This document shows, piece by piece, positions 40,487 through 50,227 of a DNA stretch of 64,000 bases. A program made the translations under genes and the position numbers. The first letter of the stretch is position 1, and each line of letters begins with the position of its first letter. Where the stretch lies: assembly GCA_965197745.1 (NCBI GenBank), contig CBDANS010000004.1, positions 151,401 through 215,400 of the forward strand, written 5' to 3'. The DNA comes from Opitutales bacterium (lineage in GTDB: Bacteria; Verrucomicrobiota; Verrucomicrobiia; Opitutales; PNEW01). A model generated the notes under the pieces. The model searched no databases. It was not told where the DNA came from and saw only the letters and a program-made list of their open reading frames with translations.

Positions 40487-43267
40487 GTGTGGAGACTTAT
40501 AAAGTTCAGCTATCAGTATACCGCACCGGTTTTGGTGGTTATTACGGTCTTAATGATCTTAGCGGGATCGCAGCTTGATAAAATCCGCTTAGAGGTTTCA
40601 GCTGATGAATTGCTTCCCCGACAGAGTAGATTGCGGGAAGAATATGATTCAATACGTTCAGCTTTCGGTTCGGATAAAGTTGTTGCTGTATATATTGAGG
40701 ACGCAGCATTATTCACGCACGCGCGTCTGACACGGCTTGAAGAATTATATGATACACTATCCAACCTGGGTGGGGTGCAAAGGTTAGAGAGCCTATTTAA
40801 TATCAGTCATATAAAATACAAGGATGGGTGGTTAGAGACAGGACCCATTCTCGATATCATTCCCGAGGATGCCGACGAACTATTAAAGCTCAAGGAGGAA
40901 GCGGTGAGCAATCCACTCTTGCGCCGCCGGGTAATTTCTGCTGATGGCAATGCAACGCTTCTAACGCTCTACCTCGAGGAAAGCGCTTCTCCGCACGGCG
41001 CTGAAAATATTGATCAGGTAGCCGAAGGCATGGAGATGGGAAGATGGAGTTTTGAGCGGTACATTTACATGCAAATAGAAGAGACCCTTAAAGATTTCAG
41101 CGGTGATTTTGACCGGGTATTTCAAGTGGGTACTGCTGCCATGCAGGTGGAGATGAAACAATTTATCATTGAAGATCAACGCTACCTGCTTCCTCTCTCC
41201 GCGTTACTGGTTGTTTTAATTATTGGAGTGGCTTTGCAGAATGTTCATGCAGCCGTAGTCCCCGTAAGTAATGCGATTCTCAGCACGATCTGGACTCTCG
41301 GGTTGCTCGCCTTTCTCGATATTCCAATCAATATGCTCAATTATATTGTTCCAGCTCTCATTATCGTGGTGGGGGCAACGGAGGACGTGCACATTCTTGC
41401 GGAATTTATTGAATCGCGAAGAAGTGGATATGAAGGGCCACGAGCCATGCTGAAAACTGCGCATAGAATTGGGCTCACATTATTTTTAACCGCAACTTCC
41501 ACTATCCTCGGGTTTGCCGCCACAGGCTTAACGGATATAATTGCCATGCGTCACTTTGGTATTGCCGCTTCTCTGGGAATGATGTGCCGGTTTCTGGCTT
41601 CAGTCTTTTTTCTCCCCGCCTATCTTCGAATATTTCAAAATCAGTTTTCGAGCAAATCGAGGCGAGGCGTGGTTAACTTTGCGCGATTATATGCGGAAAA
41701 ACTCGCCTCTAATATTATGCGGGGGTTGATCAAGCACCCGGCAGTCATCATCTCATTATTTGTAGTTATCGCGCTACCCTGTCTTTTTTTTGCAAAGCGT
41801 ATTTCATTAAATAATGATTTACCTGCTTTCTTACGTGAGGACTCCAAGGTCGTTCAGAATATCAATACTGTGGCCGAGCGGTTATCCGGATCTAAAGTCA
41901 TAAATATCACCCTCAATGGTAATGCGGGTGATTTTAAGCGAAGTGAAAATCTTCAACGTCTTAAAGATCTCAGTGAGGAACTTAGATCGATGGAAGAACT
42001 CGATAATGTCGTGTCCCTTGCCGACTACATTTGCCTTGTCAACCGGGAGATGCAGGGAGGCGCTTCCGAACAATATATGATTCCTGAAAACAATGCTCTT
42101 ATCGCGCAATACCTGATCTTTTTCCACAGCAGTGATCTGCGACCCTACGTGACTCATGATTATGCCAAAGTCAATATCGCGATACGAACTAATATTGGTA
42201 ACAGCACCCATTTTAACCAACTGGTAGATAATATTCGGGATCTGCTCGATAGTGGGCGATTCGGTCCTCTTGTTTATTCGGTGACGGGCAAGTCGGTTCT
42301 TGTCGCCGCGGCCGTGGACAATATTGCAAAAGGGCAGCTGACCTCTCTTAGTTCAATTACAATATTACTATTTGTCATCGTTACGATTCTCTTTCTTTCA
42401 CTGCGCTGCGGGTGTCTCGCCGTCTTGGCAAATCTCTTTTCCATTGCGGTTATTTTCGGGCTCATGGGTTTGGCTCAGATACCCCTTAATCTCGGCACCT
42501 GCATGGTAGCGGCTATCACTATTGGTATCGGTGTCGATGACACGCTCCATTTGATGGTGCAATACAATCGTGAACTCAAAGTGCTTAAAGATGAAAAAAA
42601 AGCGCTCGAACAGGCGCTCCGCATCGAAATCCTGCCCGTTATGGTCACCTCCATCAGCCTCGCTGTTGGTTTTCTTGTCCTCTCCTTTTCCAGTTTTCTT
42701 CCCGTGAAGCAATTTGGAGCGCTCAGCGCCGTAGTTATCCTGCTCGCTGTGGTCGCCGATATGATATTAACCCCCGCTCTCTTTTCGACCACGCGACTGA
42801 TAACGATTTGGGATTTGCTGGGAATAAAACTGCAGAAAACGCTCCAGGAAAAATGCCGCCTTTTTCAAGGTATGAGCATATGGCAGATAAAAAAATTTAT
42901 CCTCCTCTCACACCTTGTAGAATACCGGAAGGGAACTTTGATAATGCGCGAGGGGGAACTCGCCCATGTTATGTACATCATCATTGAAGGCGAACTTGAA
43001 GTATCCAAATTAATCAATAAGGTAAATACCAATCTAGCTAAACTCACTATCGGTGATGCGGTTGGAGAGATAGCCCTCGTGCACCAAAATAAAAGAACGG
43101 CGGATGTTCGAGCTATCACCGATGCCAAAATGCTTGCCATTGACTGGGAATCCCTGGAGAAAATCCAACGGTACTCACCCTATCTCGCTTCCAAATTTTA
43201 TCTCAATCTCGCACGCGTTCTTGGCCTTCGCATCGTGCAGACCGTGAGTCGTATCGAGAGAGGATAG
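40487..43267 (+). CDS. MMPL/RND family transporter with C-terminal cyclic-nucleotide-binding domain
   Basis: Two RND halves (IVVGATEDVH, GIGVDDTLH); tail EGE....MYII.EG.LEV..GD.VGEIAL....RTADVRA. Confidence 0.9.
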   Translation: MWRLIKFSYQYTAPVLVVITVLMILAGSQLDKIRLEVSADELLPRQSRLREEYDSIRSAFGSDKVVAVYIEDAALFTHARLTRLEELYDTLSNLGGVQRLESLFNISHIKYKDGWLETGPILDIIPEDADELLKLKEEAVSNPLLRRRVISADGNATLLTLYLEESASPHGAENIDQVAEGMEMGRWSFERYIYMQIEETLKDFSGDFDRVFQVGTAAMQVEMKQFIIEDQRYLLPLSALLVVLIIGVALQNVHAAVVPVSNAILSTIWTLGLLAFLDIPINMLNYIVPALIIVVGATEDVHILAEFIESRRSGYEGPRAMLKTAHRIGLTLFLTATSTILGFAATGLTDIIAMRHFGIAASLGMMCRFLASVFFLPAYLRIFQNQFSSKSRRGVVNFARLYAEKLASNIMRGLIKHPAVIISLFVVIALPCLFFAKRISLNNDLPAFLREDSKVVQNINTVAERLSGSKVINITLNGNAGDFKRSENLQRLKDLSEELRSMEELDNVVSLADYICLVNREMQGGASEQYMIPENNALIAQYLIFFHSSDLRPYVTHDYAKVNIAIRTNIGNSTHFNQLVDNIRDLLDSGRFGPLVYSVTGKSVLVAAAVDNIAKGQLTSLSSITILLFVIVTILFLSLRCGCLAVLANLFSIAVIFGLMGLAQIPLNLGTCMVAAITIGIGVDDTLHLMVQYNRELKVLKDEKKALEQALRIEILPVMVTSISLAVGFLVLSFSSFLPVKQFGALSAVVILLAVVADMILTPALFSTTRLITIWDLLGIKLQKTLQEKCRLFQGMSIWQIKKFILLSHLVEYRKGTLIMREGELAHVMYIIIEGELEVSKLINKVNTNLAKLTIGDAVGEIALVHQNKRTADVRAITDAKMLAIDWESLEKIQRYSPYLASKFYLNLARVLGLRIVQTVSRIERG

Positions 43268-43274
43268 ACGATTT

Positions 43275-43301
43275 GGAAGATGTCGGACTTCGTCCTCGGT
43301 A
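43275..43301 (-). repeat. Micro-element TACCGA-GGAC.GAA.GTCC-GACATCTTCC (one of six copies)
   Basis: Related copies at ~3336-3367(-), 6310-6352(+), 47771-47793(-), 62637-62661(+), 63707-63730(+). Confidence 0.7.
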
Positions 43302-43436
43302 CCATTGGCGATTCGCCGTTGCTCTTCGAGCTATGGCGTAACATGTTGCTGAACGCACATCTCAGTATCGTCTATTATTAAAAAAAACTTTTGTTATTAA
43401 TAAAATTAAATTAGGATTTTTTACTAATGGATAAAA

Positions 43437-43512
43437 GGGGCCGTAGCTCAGTCGGAAGAGCGCTACACTCGCATTGTAGAGGTCGCCGGTTCGATTCCGG
43501 TCGGCTCCACCA
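43437..43512 (+). tRNA. tRNA-Ala (anticodon CGC)
   Basis: 76-nt cloverleaf GGGGCCG..CGGCTCC-A-CCA; G3:U70; anticodon arm CTACA-CTCGCAT-TGTAG; GGTTCGATTCC T-arm. Confidence 0.96.
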
Positions 43513-43640
43513 AACTTTGCATTGCAAAGTTTGCCCTCCATAGTTTTCCCGCAAATGCTGGACGGAACGAAGGATGGGCATTTCGCATTCAAAAGCTAAT
43601 AGATTATCATCACCTTCGCAACTCAACGTCAGCAATTGGA

Positions 43641-46280
43641 TCACTCAAGGGTCACAGCTTCGACGATGACATTGATTTTCCAACCATTGGCATTCGAAAA
43701 GGACACTTCACCGCTAATGTTCTGTCTCGGCTGCAGAGTTCCATCAGATTTAATATTATCTTGAGATATCAGTGTTTCGAACCCCGGCGTTTCTGAACCG
43801 CTTGGAGCAATAATAATGGGAGCATTATTGCTTTGAACCAAATCCCCCCCAATTATTCTCAAGCCAGCGTTTGGAGCTTCCACCGTGAAAGAGTTTTCCC
43901 CAAAACGAAGATAAGGCACCGCCTCATCAGAGGCATCAATTTCACCGACCAGGGCACGGACTGCTACGGGCACGCCGTTGGCGTCAATGCCTACTTTCCC
44001 CGTGGATCCCGTAAAGCGTGTGTTGGCGCTTTGAATACCACCGAAACCGGTTGAATTTTTTATTTCTATTAAAGAAACATCGGCCATTGCATCGTAGACT
44101 TTTCCCTCCGGAAATAATGCCTTGTTTACCGCATTGGTCGGTCCCACCGTGTAGACACTTAAGAAGGTGTTTTCGTCTGCTTCTTCAACCGTTATGCGTG
44201 GCCGCCCTTTAACGTATAATACATTCTGGTTATATTTCTCTGGATAGGCGGGCAGGGGTTGGGTGATAGCATCAAGGGTGATGGTAACCACGGCATTACC
44301 GGAGAATTCCACCTGCACGATATCATCGGTTTCATCTATAAAAGCGGCACGTATAATCTCATTCTCTACTGATCGCATTACGGCGAACGGACCTGTAAGT
44401 AACACCTGGTTATAAAAATTGCCATTGGGATGACGAATTGCTTCCCCAACCACATTCCCCCATCCTTTTATTAAGATATTATCTTTTCCCTGGGGTTGGT
44501 CATTTTCATCTATTTCTATATCGGTAACAATGATTTCAGTAAAACCTGCATTGTTATTTTCATCGCTTTCTTTTATTCTTTCAAAAGGATCGACAATATA
44601 CCCTAAATAATACGTATCGGGGTTAAGGTTCATGGGGATAATAACCTCGAAAAAATTACCCTCAGATATACCGGAAAGTAATCCTGACTCTGTAAAATTA
44701 CCCAGGTTCGTATCTTTGGTTGTTATATTTTCATCTACGGAGAGGTAAAGCCCGTGTTCATATTCAACGGCTGGTCCAAGCCCTGAATTACTCCGGAAGA
44801 AATCGACAAGAACTTTCTCACCGGAGATCACTGATGTGCTGGCGACATTTATTGAGCTGACCGCTAAGTCGGGTAAACTGTTGGGTTCAGTGAATTCAAC
44901 AGAGAGGGTGTAGGGGCCGAGGCCGTTTTCTTTGTAGTGACTGACCATGAGGTAACAGGTTCCTGGATCAAGATCGACTGACATAAGAAAATTACTGCCC
45001 GAACTGCTTTCATTGACAATGGCAACCTTGTTACCCAATTCGTTTTGCAGGATGAAACTATCATCGATGATTTCAATCGCATCTGTATTACCAGGCGTAA
45101 AGTTAGCAAGCGTGCCTGTGCGCTTGCTGCCCGAACCGCTTTCATCGTCGATGAAAATAATGTTTCCCAAAGCATTCTGCAGGATGCCTACGGTGTCAGT
45201 ATTCCCGGAAGTAAATACGGAAAGCGTCCCCGGGTGCTCTACTTCGATCCGAAAATAGTCAAGGTCACTTGCTGTTTCGATGATCCCGGGTATCGCGCTG
45301 TTAAGGGCAACCACAGTAGCGGTCTCACGAGAATCTCCATGATCATCTGATGTAGGAAGTTGGGTATCGGATTCCGCTGACTTTATTAATAGTGAAACCG
45401 CGTCGTCGATACCAACAACAAATAAATACTCGTCAGGAATTTCACTGGCCACAATGCCGATTACACCCCAATCGTTAGTCCCGTCGGGGAAAGTGATATG
45501 ACCATAAACAGGTCCACCGCTATTACCGGGACCGGTGAAAAGATCGTCGGTTTTATAAAGGCGTCTGGAATTATCTAAACGGTCGTTATAGTTAACTAAT
45601 TTAAAATTGGCCAAACTTCCATAAAGACTGGTTGAATGCATGGTATGGCGTCTGGGGTCAGTACTGCTGTAGCCCAGACTGGGATAGCCAATTATCATTT
45701 TTTCCGAGCTTTCCGTGATAAGATTGCTGCCCCACGCAGTGTGTCCACCATTAGCGACATCCTCAAAAAATATAAGGCAGATGGCATCGAGATTAACTTG
45801 TTCAAATGATGAGCTGCGTCTGCCAGGATCAAAAAGGCGCGTCGCCTTAGCGTAGTCGGAAAAAATACGGTATGACTGTGCCCCAACCGGGGCTTCAAAT
45901 ATATTGGCAAGTGAATGCTGTAATCGCCAACGGTAAGAGCCCGATGCAAATTTCAAGTTCCCTTCATCATAAAACAAGTGAGCTGAAGTGAGGACAACTT
46001 TTTCAGAAATGGCGACGCCGGTGGCTTCAGCGGTTATAATCGAGGGTGAGAATACTTTCCCCACCATATTAAAAGGGTATTCACTGATCTTATTGTCGGG
46101 TAAAGGGGTAGAAATTCTTTGCGCGAGGAGCTTCGGTAAAAAAAATGGCATGGAGATTACAGCAACGATTAAAAAGAACCGGTGCAATCGACGGTACGCT
46201 GTTATTTCTCGATAAATATTCACGGTAATTAATTCCGAGACATTAAAATCCACCTCTTTCCGCTGATGCGACATTATCAC
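43641..46280 (-). CDS. Secreted trypsin-like serine protease + PPC-like + CARDB domains + conserved C-terminal domain
   Basis: VLTSAH, NLDAICL, GNSGGPV triad; DDHGD..DLDYFR; LPDLAV..ESDENNN; tail HPNGNFYNQVLLTG..DIVQVEFSG..VEAVTLE. True start may be downstream of 46280. Confidence 0.88.
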   Translation of the reverse strand: MIMSHQRKEVDFNVSELITVNIYREITAYRRLHRFFLIVAVISMPFFLPKLLAQRISTPLPDNKISEYPFNMVGKVFSPSIITAEATGVAISEKVVLTSAHLFYDEGNLKFASGSYRWRLQHSLANIFEAPVGAQSYRIFSDYAKATRLFDPGRRSSSFEQVNLDAICLIFFEDVANGGHTAWGSNLITESSEKMIIGYPSLGYSSTDPRRHTMHSTSLYGSLANFKLVNYNDRLDNSRRLYKTDDLFTGPGNSGGPVYGHITFPDGTNDWGVIGIVASEIPDEYLFVVGIDDAVSLLIKSAESDTQLPTSDDHGDSRETATVVALNSAIPGIIETASDLDYFRIEVEHPGTLSVFTSGNTDTVGILQNALGNIIFIDDESGSGSKRTGTLANFTPGNTDAIEIIDDSFILQNELGNKVAIVNESSSGSNFLMSVDLDPGTCYLMVSHYKENGLGPYTLSVEFTEPNSLPDLAVSSINVASTSVISGEKVLVDFFRSNSGLGPAVEYEHGLYLSVDENITTKDTNLGNFTESGLLSGISEGNFFEVIIPMNLNPDTYYLGYIVDPFERIKESDENNNAGFTEIIVTDIEIDENDQPQGKDNILIKGWGNVVGEAIRHPNGNFYNQVLLTGPFAVMRSVENEIIRAAFIDETDDIVQVEFSGNAVVTITLDAITQPLPAYPEKYNQNVLYVKGRPRITVEEADENTFLSVYTVGPTNAVNKALFPEGKVYDAMADVSLIEIKNSTGFGGIQSANTRFTGSTGKVGIDANGVPVAVRALVGEIDASDEAVPYLRFGENSFTVEAPNAGLRIIGGDLVQSNNAPIIIAPSGSETPGFETLISQDNIKSDGTLQPRQNISGEVSFSNANGWKINVIVEAVTLE

Positions 46281-47403
46281 GCAAGCGGCTTACGAGTAAT
46301 TCAAGCTGTGGTCTTAAATGTTGAAATCGGTTATCATTCAACCATGTTTCAGCTTGTCCTAAACTGGAACGATCAATTTTTGCCATTTCCCCTAATGTAT
46401 ATGAAGGGTTCTCAGTAAGCAAATTATTGGACATAATTAAATTGAAGTTTGGGAATAACGCGACGAAAACTTCAACTTCTTCTACTGTAGTGTCAGTATT
46501 GGATAGATAGGTTTCGACGATTTCCTTCTGACGGCTATCGGTAATAGCTGCGCGCGAAAAAAATCCTGCCCGTGTATCAGGGTGGTCAGATAATAGACGG
46601 GGTTGTTCCAGTAAAATACTTAGAGATTGTCGGGTGTCAACGAGGACCATTTTGTCCATTGCCATAAATGCGGCATGAGCCAGGGCTTTGGGATTATCCT
46701 GGTCCAGCATGGCGGCAAATTCTGGAAGGTTGTCCATTGATTGCGTGTAAACGGCAACATCAAAACTATGCAGGTAACCGGCAGTCGGATTTTCCCGCCA
46801 GGGGTCATGGGTCAACGCTTCATGTAATTTTTCTTTAAGAAGGGGGATACTGCGGGACTGAGGATTATTCCATGCAACATTGCGCAGTGATATGGCCCAT
46901 TCGTCAGGTGAATCTTTGCTTCTGAATACATCGTTGGCGTAATCAGCCGCGATCTCGGGATCAACAATGCCCAATACATCCAATAGCATAACGCGCAGGG
47001 TAGGGGATCCAGATAAAAAACCTCTCTTATCAACGTGGAAACTGAACCCCGTTTCTGTATCTATTCCTGACTCTAGAAACTGTATAATAGCCCGGATGTT
47101 CGAATCGGAAGCATCTGAGATTAATGTTTTACGTAAAGTGTCAATAGTGTTGCGTGCCGCTTCGGAACCCGGAGCATTTTTAATTTTATCATACGTCTCA
47201 CGAATCGGATTCGTTATCCGCAGTCGGTTTTGACTGGATTTATCCTCGGTTGGAGAATTAGGTGACTTTGGTTTACCCTCAGTCGTGTAAGGTGATTGCG
47301 GACTTAGCTTCCCGTCACGTTTAAGAACAATCCATGCCACGGTAATGACGACTATAGTGATGCCAATAGTGGCAGTCAAAACATGACGTTTTTTCCGGAG
47401 CAT
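46243..47403 (-). CDS. Membrane-anchored helical hypothetical protein, probably co-transcribed with the protease
   Basis: Basic N-terminus + TM helix, Pro-rich linker, helical body; overlaps or abuts the protease gene. Confidence 0.7.
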   Translation of the reverse strand: MLRKKRHVLTATIGITIVVITVAWIVLKRDGKLSPQSPYTTEGKPKSPNSPTEDKSSQNRLRITNPIRETYDKIKNAPGSEAARNTIDTLRKTLISDASDSNIRAIIQFLESGIDTETGFSFHVDKRGFLSGSPTLRVMLLDVLGIVDPEIAADYANDVFRSKDSPDEWAISLRNVAWNNPQSRSIPLLKEKLHEALTHDPWRENPTAGYLHSFDVAVYTQSMDNLPEFAAMLDQDNPKALAHAAFMAMDKMVLVDTRQSLSILLEQPRLLSDHPDTRAGFFSRAAITDSRQKEIVETYLSNTDTTVEEVEVFVALFPNFNLIMSNNLLTENPSYTLGEMAKIDRSSLGQAETWLNDNRFQHLRPQLELLVSRLRDNVASAERGGF

Positions 47404-47485
47404 TATTTTAAAAGATTAGTCGATACCGAGTGTAATTAGGTATTCGCGATTGCGCGTTGTCAAAAGTCTAATGTCGAAATTAAAG

Positions 47486-47885
47486 AAGCGTGCTTGACGA
47501 CCGTAGCATGTCACTATACAGCGAAGGCTGTTCCCTAGCACGCTTCTTCAATTGCGACATTCTCAAACGCGCCAGGGACACGATTCGACTGAGCTCATCG
47601 CAGGTTGCGTTCCACCTAATTGCCTGACACATGGCTATTATTTATGAGATCACTGTCTAACCATCCTGGATCTTGCATCGTGCATCATTCAATCGTTAAC
47701 TCTTCAGTCGTCACCTTAACTTTGCCCATACCGGGGAAATGTCGCTCACATATTGACATTCCCCTGGAATGGAAGATGTCGCTGCGCTCGGAAGCCGTGG
47801 TCGGTTTTCACCTCCCTCGCAATGACAATTTTATAAAATCTCTTTTTGTGGCTATTCCCAATCGAAAATCGAAAATCAGCATTCG
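47486..47885. repeat. Mosaic of short palindromic and heptamer repeats containing an orphan gene tip
   Basis: AAGCGTGC..GCACGCTT, AACGCG..GGGACA..GCGTTCCAC, CCCCTGGA..CCTCGCAATGAC, (AATCGAA)n; the - strand at 47685-47726 encodes GKVKVTTEELTIE*. Confidence 0.65.
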
Positions 47886-47894
47886 GCAATGATT

Positions 47895-50147
47895 TTATTC
47901 AATCGTGATCTCTTCTGTCGTTACCTCGATCGCATCCCCATCTTCGTTGGCGAAGGTGGCATCAATGCTCAGGGTCGGCTGAGGGGTGTTGTCGGACTTG
48001 AAGTTGTTCTGGGTGATCAGGGTCTCAAACCCGGTCGTTGTCGAACCACTCTCCGCGACGACGACCGCAACGCCATTTGTCTGCAACAAGTCGCCCCCGG
48101 TGATCCTCAACCCGGGGTTGCCCGCGGGTACCGTGAAGGACCCTTCTCCGAACAGGATGTGGGGCACCGCATCACCATCGGCGTCGATGTCGCCTACCGT
48201 TAAGCGTACCGCGATCGGCACACCGCGCGCGTCGAAGCCGACCTTGCCCGTGCTTCCACTGAACACGGCATTCGATAACTGCACTCCTCCCAGTCCCGTG
48301 GAGTTGACTACTTCCACGAGACTCACGTCGGCCTGGGCGTCATAGACTTGACCTTCGGGGAAGAGTGCCTGGTTAAAGGCGTTAATCCTGCCCACGGTAA
48401 AGATGCTGAAGAACGTATTGGCGTCCGCTCCGTCGATGACCACGCTCGGCTTGCCCGTCACGTACTCGACGGTCTGGTTGTAGCGCGGAGGAATGGCTGG
48501 GGGCAGGAAGGTGGCCGGGTCGAGGGTTACGGTAAAGGTACCGTTGCCTGAGAACTCTACCTGCACAATGTCCTCGTTTTCGTCCATGAAGGAAACGCGG
48601 GTGATCTGTCCCGGTTTGGCCTGAAGTTGGACGAACTCTCCGGTGAGTAAAATCTGGTCGAAGACGTTACCGTTGGCATGCTGAATGTCTTCCCCGGCGA
48701 TATCGCCCGAGCCGTCGAGGACGAGGGGTACGGAGGGCGCAGCTACGGTGATGGTCGCGGTATCACTGTCAGCAGTGCCGCCGGCGTTCGCTACCTGTAC
48801 CCAGTAGTTCGTGCTCATGGTGAGCGCACCGGTTGTCAGCGTGCTGCCGTTTGCGCCGGCGACGGGAGCTGCGGTGTCACCGCTGTTACCGGTATACCAC
48901 TGGTAAGTAAGATCATCGCCACTGGCGGCTACGAATAAAACAACAGCGGTCCCGGACTGCACCTCCTGGCTCGCGGGCTGGGTCGTGACCGTGGGAGCGC
49001 TGGGACCTCCTCCATTGCCGCTGGAGGCGCCGATAGGAGTAAAACCAAAATCATCGATGGCGATATGAGTGAAACTGCCAGCTATAGAAGAAATGGCAGG
49101 ACTGTTGGAAAAGGTAATTTTTCCAATCCCTCCTGGTGCTCCCAGTACATCCGCATTGAAGTCAAAAAAGGTGAAGGGGACTTCAAATTCAATACTGATA
49201 TTATCCGGGATATCTGTAGTGGAAATAAGCAGGTTATCATTGGTGTCGAAGACTTCGATCAATGCATCTCCCTCTATTTCACGGACCGCATAAAATTGCA
49301 CGCGCGCTGCAGGTGTTTCAAAAGTAATCGTTCCTACAAGTTCATTTTCAATTGCCCAGATAGCCGAAGCATCTTGTCCGGCAGAAGTTCCGCCAGCGAA
49401 GAAGAGAGAAGGATAGGTGTGATTATAGCGGGTTAACCCGGAAGCACTTTGGACAAGGCCACCGGTGAAAGTAGCGGATACGGGAGATGTCCCGAGGGTA
49501 AAATTTGCCCGGTTAGCGAAGACGGGACTACCGAATTGTAATCCTTCAAAATCATCATATACGGTATTATCCGGTGGTCCCACTACATAAGAAAAGCCAA
49601 GATCATCGATAGCGACTTGCCCGGTGGCGTTGATGATTTTTAATTCTGTTATACCGTTAGTAAAATCAAGGTCAGTGGGGTCTGCAGCAGTTCCACTGAA
49701 CGCGACAAAACTTTGTAATAGCGGATTCGCGCCGGGACTAATGTTAGTCGGTAAGCCTGTGACCGTCCCTTGTTGGGACAAGACGGCAAAATTTTTATCG
49801 CGTAATTCGATACGACCCCCACCTCCGGTGTCCACCGCATAAAATTGGAGAGAATTAACGCCCCGTTCAAAGAGGATTTTCCCTTCTGCAACCCCGGCGG
49901 AAAGCATCAGGGCTTTACTCCCTGAGTGATAAAGAGCGGGATTGCCGACGGACAACAAATCAAAGCCGATCACTCGTATGCTATTAGGTGATTCACCGAT
50001 GATGAATTCCGCTCCTTCTCCCGTTACATTTTCAAAATCAAAGAACGTGTTGAGATCTTGAGGGGCTGCATTGAGTGCCAGGGAGTGCCCCAGTGACAAT
50101 ACTAGAACCGTTAGAAGATTTCTATATTTCATAATTTCATTCCTCAT
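47895..50147 (-). CDS. Secreted/surface protein, paralog of 2..2251
   Basis: Signal peptide; two IDDLGF/IDDFGF repeats; Ig domain; C-terminal domain ending VTTEEITIE. Confidence 0.9.
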   Translation of the reverse strand: MRNEIMKYRNLLTVLVLSLGHSLALNAAPQDLNTFFDFENVTGEGAEFIIGESPNSIRVIGFDLLSVGNPALYHSGSKALMLSAGVAEGKILFERGVNSLQFYAVDTGGGGRIELRDKNFAVLSQQGTVTGLPTNISPGANPLLQSFVAFSGTAADPTDLDFTNGITELKIINATGQVAIDDLGFSYVVGPPDNTVYDDFEGLQFGSPVFANRANFTLGTSPVSATFTGGLVQSASGLTRYNHTYPSLFFAGGTSAGQDASAIWAIENELVGTITFETPAARVQFYAVREIEGDALIEVFDTNDNLLISTTDIPDNISIEFEVPFTFFDFNADVLGAPGGIGKITFSNSPAISSIAGSFTHIAIDDFGFTPIGASSGNGGGPSAPTVTTQPASQEVQSGTAVVLFVAASGDDLTYQWYTGNSGDTAAPVAGANGSTLTTGALTMSTNYWVQVANAGGTADSDTATITVAAPSVPLVLDGSGDIAGEDIQHANGNVFDQILLTGEFVQLQAKPGQITRVSFMDENEDIVQVEFSGNGTFTVTLDPATFLPPAIPPRYNQTVEYVTGKPSVVIDGADANTFFSIFTVGRINAFNQALFPEGQVYDAQADVSLVEVVNSTGLGGVQLSNAVFSGSTGKVGFDARGVPIAVRLTVGDIDADGDAVPHILFGEGSFTVPAGNPGLRITGGDLLQTNGVAVVVAESGSTTTGFETLITQNNFKSDNTPQPTLSIDATFANEDGDAIEVTTEEITIE

Positions 50148-50227
50148 TTGAATTTATAGCGAAAGGATTAAAAGCGCCTTATCAATGTACCTCTCATTAA
50201 TCCATGTTCAACCTTATAGTAGATTTT

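Noticed and set aside
43437..43512. tRNA-Ala as island integration site
   Set aside because: Accessory genes follow it, but no integrase or duplicated tRNA 3' end was found in the window.
43362..43644. ORFs 43362..43592 and 43411..43644
   Set aside because: Antisense translations across the tRNA gene.
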